Positions 40,888 to 51,114 of a DNA stretch of 64,000 nt are shown here, piece after piece. The DNA is taken from NCBI GenBank assembly GCA_951406725.2, contig OX597816.1:28334001-28398000 (forward strand), written 5' to 3'. Made by a program: the position numbers and the translations under genes. The DNA comes from Octopus vulgaris. Lineage: Eukaryota. The notes under the pieces were generated by a model, which ran no database searches, was not told the DNA's origin, and saw only the letters and a program-made list of their open reading frames with translations. Position 1 is the stretch's first letter; every line of letters begins with the position of its first letter.

Positions 40888-40919
40888 ATATATATATAAG
40901 TAGATATTTATACGCGCGA

Positions 40920-41110
40920 TTTTTTGGGGGGATTTTTTTCCTCTGTCTTCCGTTCTCTCGATCTTTCCTTCTCCTATGTTTCCGACGAAGGGCTCCGCTC
41001 GAAATGTTAAACTCTCCTTCTTTCCTTCTTTCCTGAGCGTCCAATAATACTATATTTGTTCCACGTCCTCGCGTTGTTGTGTTTTTTGTGGTTTCCTTTT
41101 TTTTAGATTA
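40920..41110 (+). mobile_element. Short Penelope-LTR-like repeat (family P2) with minimal hammerhead at 40978-41012
   Basis: GTTT-CCGACGA-A-GGGC-TCC-GCTC-GAAA-TG-TT-AAAC; stem I GTTT/AAAC. Confidence 0.7.
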
Positions 41111-41120
41111 ACTTTATATA

Positions 41121-41166
<46 letters not shown>

Positions 41167-41312
41167 TATGTGTGTGTGAGTCTGTGTGTAAGTGTGTATG
41201 TACGTGTGCGTGGGCATATTTGTGTCTATGACTGTTGCAGTTTTTCCCAAACAACGGTTTTCAACAACTGTTGTAATGTTTAGGGGGCCGAAACTTAACA
41301 GTTCGAATTAAA

Positions 41313-41359
<47 letters not shown>

Positions 41360-41413
41360 GTGAATGGAAGAAATGGAGTTGAACGAAGATTGTACAGAGT
41401 TCCTTTTATTACA

Positions 41414-41495
41414 TTCTACACATGTTTCAAAGGCCACAATTTTCCAAATTCTGATTAAATAAGGATACCATATTGCAGCTTTCTCTTCAGGAAAA
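41414..41495 (-). ncRNA. Decayed minimal hammerhead motif with long stem II
   Basis: Minus strand CTGAAGA-G-AAAGCTGCAAT...ATTGTGGCCTTT-GAAA-CATG-TG-TAGAA with palindromic ACATGT. The cleavage triplet is GUG and stem I is imperfect. Confidence 0.5.
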
Positions 41496-41698
41496 ACCAG
41501 GAATTACGTTGTCAGAACAAAACAAAACAGAGGCGCAGCAAGTGTTTGTGTGTGTGTGTGTGTGTGTGCGTGTGTGTGCGTGTGTATGTGTGTGTGTAAT
41601 GATGAAAAAGAGTGCTCAACAACAGGTTGCTGGATGAAAAGTAGGCTTAATTCAGAAATATACACATACACATATACACGAACACACACACGCACATT

Positions 41699-41734
<36 letters not shown>

Positions 41735-41739
<5 letters not shown>

Positions 41740-42041
41740 CCGTGACCGACCAGGCTATTAGACGTTACTAAACATCGCTGGTCAGAATGCGCTTCGCATT
41801 GTTTTAGCCTTCAAATGACGCCACCCCACCGCTGGTTAAGCGAGCAGGCCAACAGAAGAAAGAGTGAGAGAAAGTTGTGGTGAAAAAGTACAGCAGGGAC
41901 CGCCAACACCCACTGCCGGACCTTCGTGGAGCTTTAAGTGTTTTCGCTCAATAAACATTCACACCGTCCGATCTGGGGATCGAAACCGCGTTCTTACGAC
42001 CGCGAGTCCGCTGCCCTAACCACTGGGCCATTGCGCCTCCA
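41735..42041 (-). mobile_element. SINE family C, full length
   Basis: Head TGGAGGCGCAATGGCCCAGTGGTTAGGGCAGCGG with A-box TGGCCCAGTGG and B-box GGTTTCGATCC; body shared with 42695-42791. Confidence 0.88.
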
Positions 42042-42052
42042 CTATATATCTA

Positions 42053-42107
<55 letters not shown>

Positions 42108-42440
42108 ATTTAAGTAGATATTTATACGCGCGCGCAAACACCCACTCACACACGCAAAACACAAAGTTTTCAAGTGCTCTGATATCAAAGAAACAACTAA
42201 GATGCTTGATAATGTATTAGTCAGTAATCACTGCAACTAGTCTAAATGATTGTCATAATAGGCGTGGAGTCTAGACTTACTAGAAATACCTTTTGAAGCG
42301 AATTTATCTCTGTCAAGTCTTTTGCTGACGTCATGCATCACTAGGATTTTCTTCATAGAGGAAAATTTTGAGCAAAGTCTTATATTTTACGTTTTCATTC
42401 ATAAAATATTTTTTTAAAGAAAAGTCATATTAGTCTAAGT

Positions 42441-42639
42441 CTTCTTTTGTACTCTTTTACTCTTTTAATTGTTTCAGCAATTTGACTGTGGCCATGCTGT
42501 AGCACAGCCTTTAGTCGAGTAAATCAGCCCCAGGACTTATTTTTTGTAAGCCTAGTACTTATAATATCGGTCTCTTATAACAAACCGCCATTGGTTGTCA
42601 AGCGATGTTGGTGGGACAAACACAGACACACAAACACAT

Positions 42640-42640
<1 letters not shown>
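42441..42640 (-). mobile_element. SINE family A 3' half
   Basis: actcttttactctttt tail, tttgactgtggccatgct, caggacttat..ttgtaagcctagtactta as in 53706-53830. Confidence 0.85.
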
Positions 42641-42694
<54 letters not shown>

Positions 42695-42695
<1 letters not shown>

Positions 42696-42791
42696 TACCG
42701 TGATCACCGTGACATATCGCTGGTCACAATGCGCTTCGCATTGTTTTAGCATTCAAATGACGCCACCCCGCTGGCTAAGCGATCAGGCCAA
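42695..42791 (-). mobile_element. SINE family C 3' fragment
   Basis: tcaccgtgac..atcgctggtca.aatgcgcttcgcattgttttagc.ttcaaatgacgccacccc matches 41737-41850. Confidence 0.85.
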
Positions 42792-42863
42792 TATATATAT
42801 ATATATATACATACATACATATATGTATATATATATATGATATATTATGTATATATATATATA

Positions 42864-43126
42864 TATTACGGAGATGTACTTGCATAGCAAAAGACCTGAT
42901 CTGAGATCGTGTTCTGGAACGAAAACAATTGCAGCGTGGAAGGTGTTTATAAGCTATTAAAGAAACACACAAAAAACCGTTACATTCACTTCAACAATAA
43001 AATTTAATTTGTCAAAATATTTTCACCGCTTTGAGACCACGACCTGTTCACTGACAAAACTCCGTGCAGTGAATCTAACGGTTTTTGTGTGTTTCTTAAA
43101 TGGTTTATAAACAACTGTAATTGTTT
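42864..43126 (-). mobile_element. Penelope-type non-autonomous insertion with inverted end and variant hammerhead (43008-43058)
   Basis: Arms 42923-42990 and 43068-43126 are reverse complements. The loop reads on the minus strand TTTGTCA-GTGAACA-G-GTCGT-GGTCTCAAA-GCGGT-GAAA-ATAT-TT-TGACAAA. Confidence 0.7.
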
Positions 43127-43136
43127 ATATATATAG

Positions 43137-43178
<42 letters not shown>

Positions 43179-43925
43179 GTGTATTTATGTATATATGTAT
43201 AAATACGTGTGTGTTTGTGCATGTGTGTGTTTTCTTTTTGTGCATGTGATTACGTGACTATGTACATATTGATATTTACAGCATAATATTTGGAGATAAA
43301 ATACCTAAAATATGACATTTGAAGAAGGTAATTTAGTTAAAGTATTAAACCTCCTACATTTGATCATTCCGAATTCTGTCGATATAGATATGTTCCACAC
43401 AAATGCAAAGAACAAAAAGAAAAGGAACCTTATCTTCACATCAATTCCTTATAAATACAGCGTTCACGCATAATTTAGAAATATGCGTGGTGAGAGAAGA
43501 ATTGTATATGCAACGTTCATTTGCTTTGCCTGATTTAGTTCTGTTTACTGTCATAAATACGAGTCAATATTCTTCCATGCCGCATTTGTATAAGATACCA
43601 CTTTGTCAAGATCTGTGTCTCATACCTAGAGAGTTTACGTACATATTACATTCCCGATATCACATATGTCCCAATCCCTCAAGGAAAGTGTATTCAATGC
43701 CATGGAATTTGCAGAACCTTTGCAAGCATGTGATGTCTGCCTGTTGTCTGCTTACATTTCTCTCTTTCCTCAGACAATCCCATGATGTTAACATAGTTTA
43801 AGGCTCAATTTTATACATGGTTGGACACTCAAATTGTGATGTACTTTATTTTCAAGTGTATGAGTGAATACAATTTCACTAATGAATCCATCGTAATAAC
43901 AATTAAAAGCATAGCAAAGCATCTG

Positions 43926-43979
<54 letters not shown>

Positions 43980-43983
<4 letters not shown>

Positions 43984-44170
43984 CGGGAAGGTTTACGAAA
44001 CTAAACAAAAGACGAAGGCAGGTGGAGTACAAACAAACAAATGTATTTGAATGGCGCCCAGGAATAGAAATAGAACAAGTCTTTTACGTTTCGAGCCTAC
44101 GCTCTTCGAGAGAGAGAGATACACAGAAAAAAACAAGGAGAGAAACAAGGTATATACTCTGGCAGGCTAA
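43980..44170 (-). mobile_element. Short Penelope-LTR-like repeat (family P1) with decayed hammerhead at 44081-44115
   Basis: Minus strand ..CGA-A-GAGC-GTAG-GCTC-GAAA-CG-TA-AAAG; homologous to 7528-7704. Confidence 0.65.
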
Positions 44171-44767
44171 TACACAACAAGAGGAATTATTGTTCTACAT
44201 TCCATTTTTTTTCAAGTACCGGCTTATTCTGCATATTCAAAAGTCAATATGTTAGCAAACGATCATGCAAGTTACCTGGGTTTGGTAATTTGATCTCAGA
44301 AAAACTTTATGATAATTTAATTTCAATTCCTAACTTAAAACGTGTTCTAAGATTGATGTCGATAACAGTTTACTACGAAACTTAATATTCAGAGGCATAG
44401 AGATATGGTGAATAAATACACAAGCATTTGCATATGCACACACACACAGTAGACACAAAAGCATGTATGTACACTTAAATACGCACTTAAGTGCACACGC
44501 ATAAATGCACGCACACACACAGAAACGTACACAAAAATACAATAAAAAGAAAAACCCACAAACGTGCACATGCGTGTATGAGGATCATTCTCCCATATAT
44601 TCGTATATATATTCGTATATACATTTCAATTTAGAAGATATGAGAGACTAGAGAGACACTTTAATTACCTTGCATCTGATGTCATCAGCCAGATTACCAA
44701 CATATGTAATGAATAGTAAATAAAGTATGCCCTTTTATTTAAGGCACCATGTTTCTATTAAGGTACC

Positions 44768-44982
44768 TATTTCTTTACTACCCACAAGGGGCTAAAGACA
44801 GAGGGGACAAACAAGGACAGACATAGGTATTAAGTCGATTACATCGACCCCAGTGCGTAACTGGTACTTAATTTATCGACCCCGAAAGGATGAAAGGCAA
44901 AGTCGACCTCGGCGGAATTTGACAGACGAAATACGGCTACGCATTTCGCCCGGCGTGCTAACGTTTCTGCCAGCTCGCCGCC
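44768..44982 (-). mobile_element. SINE family B, young, 14-bp TSD, about 16-bp deletion removing part of the B-box
   Basis: TCTATTAAGGTACC at 44754-44767 and 44983-44996; ggaatttgacagacg instead of ggaatttgaactcagaacgtaacggcagacg. Confidence 0.93.
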
Positions 44983-45324
44983 TCTATTAAGGTACCATTT
45001 AGATACCCATTAACATTGAGATTACTCAGTTAAATGTAAGGCTTATTTATTCACATTGTTTTTTTTTAATTGGTTATGCATTGCCTTGTTGCTTTTCAAC
45101 TTCGATGATGTGATTCCCATATTTTTTTTTAGATATTTCAGGGCAGGTACGAGAGGCCAGACTTGCTAGTTTTTGCATAAAACAGGCAGATTATTTGAGC
45201 ATGATATGGGTGGTTTAAATATTAAATCATTAATACTTCAAATATCAGTTATATCAGGTTTCATTAAAATACACCAGGTGTGAGTAATATGAAATTCCAT
45301 CTGAACAAATCAGACATCATCAAT

Positions 45325-45538
45325 GAGCTGGCAGAATCGTTAGCACGCCGGGGGAAATGCGTAGCCGTATTTCGTCTGCCGTTACTTTCTGAGTTCAAAT
45401 TCCGCCGAGGTCGACATTCCCATTCATCCTTTCGGGGTCGATAAATTAAGTACCAGTTACGCACTGGGGTCGATATAATCGACTTAATCCGTTTGTTTGT
45501 CCCCTCTGTGTTTAGCTCCTTGTGGGTAGTAAAGAAAC
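45325..45538 (+). mobile_element. SINE family B, near full length
   Basis: GAGCTGGCAGAATCGTTAG head, B-box GAGTTCAAATTCC, core CATCCTTTCGGGGTCGATAAATTAAGTACCAG. Confidence 0.93.
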
Positions 45539-46007
45539 AAAATATCAGATGGTATCTTAGGGCACCAGAATTTAGCGATGTCAAAGCTAATCTTAAGACG
45601 CTGTTTCTCCAGTGACTAGGAGAACGAATTCCTGAAATGTTATTTGACAGTTAACCTCATCTTAATCTTAAGAATAACTCTAGAAACAATACAAACTACA
45701 ACATACGAGATTATGCACAAATGAAACACATTTTATAAGAGCTAGACCTAAGGTCGCACAGGGAAATGGAATTGCATTAGTAGCATGCGTTTCTCGTCTC
45801 CTCTATCACTTACCTCAAGGTATTGAAATCTTGGTCAGTAACAATCTACTGTTAACGTTCGAAAACTACATACTCTTTCTTTATGTCAGTGCCATAATTT
45901 TGATTCGATATCTGACAGTTATTTTCTATATGTTTCAGTTTGATGTTTGTACGTATATATATATATGTAAATATGGCGAGTAAATACACAAGAATTTGCA
46001 AACGCAT

Positions 46008-46038
<31 letters not shown>

Positions 46039-46059
46039 CACACACATAAATATATATAC

Positions 46060-46212
46060 ATTTCAGTTTCTCTCTAGTAAATCCACTCACACGGCTTTGG
46101 TTGACCTGAGGCTATAGCGGAAGACACTTGCCCAAGGTTGTCAGGCAGAGGGACTAAAGCCAGTACCACGTGATTGGGAAGCAACCTACTAACCGCACAC
46201 CCACGACTACGC

Positions 46213-46213
<1 letters not shown>
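46060..46213 (-). mobile_element. SINE family A 5' half
   Basis: tttcagtttc...aaatccactcacacggctttggttgacctgaggctatag..gaagacacttgcccaagg. Confidence 0.85.
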
Positions 46214-46257
<44 letters not shown>

Positions 46258-46482
46258 TATATAGATATATATATTGTTATACCTGTTTACACACACGCAC
46301 ACGCACACTCACATCTACACACACTTACATATATGTATTCATATCTATAAAACAAAGAACATACTTTGCCTGAAACTGTTCCAAGTTTTCTTTAATTCAT
46401 AGGACAGAAAAAATCTCTAACGCTAATATTGTCTTGTCCATTCACTTACTCATGTTTACATCGGCGCAGTTCTGGGTATATC

Positions 46483-46832
46483 ATAGTTCCGGGTTCAATT
46501 CCAGTGCATGGCACATTGGGCAAGTGTCTTCTACTATGACGTCGGGTCTACAAAAGCCTTGTGAGTGGATTTCGTAGCCGGAAACTGAAAGAAGCCCGAC
46601 GAGAATACATATGTATACCTCTTTGTGTGTTTGTGTATCTTTGTACCAGTGCTTGCCTCCCACGACCGCTGGACGACCGGTGTTAGTGTGTTTACGCCTT
46701 AGTAGCCTAGAATTTCAGCGAAAGAGACCGATAGAATAAATACTAGGTTTAAACAAAAGTAAAATTCTTCAAAGCGGTGCCTCAGCATGGCCGTCCTCAA
46801 ATGACTGAAACAAGCAAAAGATAAAAGATAGA
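46483..46832 (+). mobile_element. SINE family A, 5'-truncated, tail (AAAAGAT)n
   Basis: gttccgggttcaattcc...tgggcaagtgtcttctactat...aaagccttgtgagtggattt...aatgactgaaacaagcaaaagataaaagat. Confidence 0.9.
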
Positions 46833-47316
46833 CATAAAGCTATGAATGCATACAGATTTGTGTGTGTATGTGTACGTGCGTGTTTGTTTAGGATTGTATG
46901 AATTTGTTATATATAAATTCTATTCTGTTGATTAATCGATAGGTGAATGCGATTCATTGGTTGGACATTACTTTCTGAACTATATGTAAATAGTGATGAA
47001 ATTCTTAACACCATCAATAGATTAATACAAGTGATTATTCGTTTGAAAAGACTTTCTTTGGTTGAAATAGATAGATCGAAGTAAATCTCTTTGAATATCA
47101 TCAGATAATTTATTAACGTACGACCGCCACAATGTAGCATACATACATACGTTTATACGAGAATGCATAGAAACATACATGATAATACACACACATATAT
47201 ACAAAATGAAGGTATATATATATGTATATATATATATATATGCATATGTATGTATGTACCTATCTATCTCTCTATATATATATATATACACATATGTATA
47301 TACATATATGTATGTG

Positions 47317-47407
<91 letters not shown>

Positions 47408-47451
47408 AATAAATATATATATATATATATGTGTGTGTGTGTATATATGTG

Positions 47452-47488
<37 letters not shown>

Positions 47489-47784
47489 TTATGTGTGTGT
47501 GTTTGTGTACATTTGTGAATCTGTGTCTACGTTTAGTATATAAAATTATATACGTATTTCCTTTTTAAGCCTCGTCTAACAAGTTTGATAATATGAATAT
47601 ATGTCTTAGTTTCCACTGACAGACGTAAAATCTCGCTACTCGTGATTAAATTGCTTTCGTCACATTCAATGTGAATCTGTCAGGAAAATCCGAGTTAAAA
47701 TACCGCTGAGAGAATTAAATGCAACAGTTTTCTCTCTCTCTCTCTCTCTTTCACTCTCTCTCTCACTCTTACTCTCTGTATATA

Positions 47785-47845
<61 letters not shown>

Positions 47846-48541
47846 TGTATGTGTTTGTGTGTGTGTTTGGATAAAATAGCATACTTAACATTCATAACGT
47901 ATATGTTATGTATGATGTCTATATATTTATGTTTTTTTAATACAAAATCAAAATCTTTCAACCTTCCAAGTATATATTGTAACATTGTACTGCATTGGAT
48001 ATAGCATTAGCATAGAAACTTGTTTAAAGTATATACTTGCTCCAATGGGAAACATTTCATTTTATATCAAAATATGTGAAAATATCTGGCAATCAAATAC
48101 TTCAAAGTATTTCGTGGCTTTTAAAGTTTGTATCGGTTTCTAGTTAAACAAGAAAAAAAAAACATGGTAACACGGATATTTCTCTTTCAACTTTTCCTGT
48201 AGTGTAGAGGTGTGCTTTATCTAATATGTTATTATTATTGTTGATGCCATCTACCTGACGCAAAATTTTCACCATTATAAAATAGGTCACACAACAATAA
48301 TTTACCTGGAATTCAATTCAATAACGCTGTGTACAAACTCTATACTTGGAATGAACAGTTTTAAATACTATTGGAACTTACTCACAAGGTATTGGAATCT
48401 TATATGTATACCATTCTGCCTAAATAATGGATCTACAGATGCAATATCCCTGCATATCCTACGTCTATTTTCATTCCTCCACTTCACGCTCTATTTTATA
48501 TCGTATCTAAAATAACTATTGCGTAAGTATTTTCTCACAGT

Positions 48542-48589
48542 GTCTCCGATGAAGGGACATATAAAATATCCTGGAAACAGCTGTAAGAC
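48542..48589 (+). ncRNA. Minimal type-I hammerhead motif, best preserved in the window (U4C core)
   Basis: GTCT-CCGATGA-A-GGGACAT-ATAAA-ATATCCT-G-GAAA-CAGCTG-TA-AGAC: stem I GTCT/AGAC, 7-bp stem II with 1 mismatch, palindromic ACAGCTGT, GUA triplet. Confidence 0.75.
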
Positions 48590-48760
48590 CTTCTATTTTT
48601 AAATGTTCTAAAATCTTTCACACGCTTGGATTCTTATCTCATTCTGAAATTTTTTATACTCCTCATTCGCATAATCAACGAACTCAGAGCTTAACTATAG
48701 TCTGTCCAAAGCACTTACTCATCATTACCAGGCACCTTTGGGTGTTATTGACAACATTAC

Positions 48761-48798
<38 letters not shown>

Positions 48799-48996
48799 AT
48801 ATATATATATATATGCATATATGTATGTGTGTATGCATATATATACATATTTACACATGGATTTTTATGTATACATACGCATATATAACTTCATATATGT
48901 ACATAAATACGTATAGATAGGTTTGTGTGTGGGCATGTTTGATATATATATGTACATATATACTTATGAATACATATGCATACACAAACACGTCTA

Positions 48997-49841
48997 TTGG
49001 GTTGGCAAGAACGTAATTTCGGTTTTTTGGTGTGAAATAAAGGTAATTTTTTTCATAAAAGATTTATATATTATATATTTTCTATTTTCCATTTTGTTCG
49101 ATGACCTTTTGTCATCTTTCTGGCAACATCTGCACTCATAGAACTTCTGGTTCCTATCACCTAAAAACTGACGCAGGTGCTATTTCAAATTATCATAATT
49201 ATTGAAAATTTTACCATTTAAAGAGTTTCGCAAACTTCGAAATAAATGGTAATCTGGTGGTGCAAGTTAAGGGCTATCGCAAATATTCATACATTGTGTT
49301 ACGGGAATATTTTAATTTATGTGGAACCCACATATCAAGCTTCTTAGCGAGTCCAAAATATTTAATGTGATTTTCAATTGTTGTGTGTGATATATTTAAC
49401 CTCTCTGCAATCGCTCGCACAGTTATATGACAATAAGTTTCAATTACGGCTTTGATTCGGTCAACATCATCTTAAGTAGGTCGACCGGAACGCTGGTCAT
49501 CTTTGAGTGAAAAATCTCCAGAACGGAATTTTTTAAACGATTTCTGTCATGTGGGTTCTTCTAAGTAATCAATACCATAAATTTCACATATTTCTCTGTG
49601 AGCCTCAGCAGCATTCTTGCCTTTACGGAAATAAAACAGCAAAATATAGCGAAAATTATGGTTTTTGGACTCCATATTAAAATTCAAACTCAATTAACAG
49701 CTGTCAACAAAATTACTTCTAAAGTTAGCCAAAAGTAACGGCTATCAATGTGAAATGGAAAAAGTCATAACATTGACAAAAGTGAATATTAAAAATCGAA
49801 ACTCTATTTGCGTAAACGAAATTACTTTCTTGAGAACCCAA
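48997..49841 (-). mobile_element. mariner element (mellifera-subfamily-like), internally deleted, 845 bp
   Basis: TIRs TTGGGTTGGCAAGAACGTAATTTCG / CGAAATTACTTTCTTGAGAACCCAA with TA on both sides. Minus-strand MESKNHNFRYILLFYFRKGKNAAEAH..FRSGDFSLKDDQRSGRP..WVPHKL joined to SP*LAPPDYHLFRSL..MLPER*QKVIEQNG. Confidence 0.95.
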
Positions 49842-50563
49842 TATTTACTGAACAGGCATAACGCGTACACGCGCACACACACTTATACACACATTTTTTA
49901 AATAAATACGAAGCACAGACGCAGAAGCACATGTTACATTTGATGAATCGCCCCTTTACTCTGCACTCTTCTTCCAAAACGAGTCATAATGTTTTTACCA
50001 GCCATTCTCGAACACCAGATCACGCGCAATACTTTTAGGCTTGACCTATTCCCCACTGCAATTTCTTCCCTGCATCCTTGTCGACTTGCTCATCAAAGTT
50101 ATCTCTTGGATTTTATGCTGTTTCTTTGCATTCTTGAGACAACGTAAGAAATTTTCAAAATGTTTTAATCAGCTTCTTTGACAATTTCCCAGAATTTATA
50201 CATTGATATTATTTCTCGCAATTTTTCCTATTTTAGTTTAATTCTATCAGAAAATGTGTTTCATTCTGCTGTGTAAATTTTCTATATATAATAGACCCAG
50301 GCATAGATCTGTGTTGAAAAGTTTACTTCCCAACCATATACATCCGGGTTTAGTCTCAATGTGTGTGACAGCGTCATGGGCCACCATTTCCACAGGTTCT
50401 TTTAACACTTCCTTCACTTCATTTCTTGCATTTTCTTTCGATCTATCTATGACTGTCTCCTTCTGAGGAAGAACTAACAATCAGAATGTAAGCGGGTTTA
50501 TTGTTTTCTTAAAGCGTTAGGATAATACTATATTGGCTAAATTTCGCTATTCCTGTGTCTTCA

Positions 50564-50594
<31 letters not shown>

Positions 50595-50664
50595 TGTATG
50601 TATGTATGTATGTATGTATGTATGTATGTATGTATGTATGTATTTATGTATGTATGTATGTATA

Positions 50665-50757
<93 letters not shown>

Positions 50758-51050
50758 GTGTGTGGGGTGTTTGTGTATTCCACATAGTAAGAAGACAGAC
50801 ATTCTTTAATTGTTCGTTACAATTGTTTCTGAACCAACCCTGTTTGCAACGCCAGTTTACGCCAAAATTTCAAAATGAAAATTTACATAATATTTGTGGT
50901 TTTAGTCATTTGAGAAGCACTTCACCAGCCTTGCATCAAAGGTGTCTTTTCACATCGTACGTTTTCAAGCTATGGCGTATACCAGGAGGAAACAAATGTG
51001 AATAAATGTGAGGTTAGTGGATGAGCAATTAGCATAGAAATCATGTAGGG

Positions 51051-51114
51051 AAGAAGAAGAAGAAGAAGAAGAAGAAGAAGAAGAAGAAGAAGAAGAAGAA
51101 GAAGAAGAAGAAGA
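51051..51114. repeat. (AAG)n microsatellite
   Basis: About 21 perfect units. Confidence 0.99.

Noticed and set aside
41975-42041. tRNA genes (here and at other A/B-box heads, e.g. 45325, 54128, 62432)
   Set aside because: Each continues into a multi-copy SINE body and lacks a complete cloverleaf.
43403-43801. 132-aa non-repetitive ORF, and minus-strand LQRFCKFHGI resembling a pogo/CENP-B motif
   Set aside because: No recognisable domain in the ORF; the motif is a single short match amid stops.
45005-45233. Possible decayed TTAA-type MITE between the inverted SINEs
   Set aside because: Termini too degraded to demonstrate TIRs from this sequence.
50247-50480. 77-aa minus-strand ORF with charged N-terminus
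   Set aside because: It runs into a SINE A head remnant (about 50305-50350), has no domain match and only a weak donor site.
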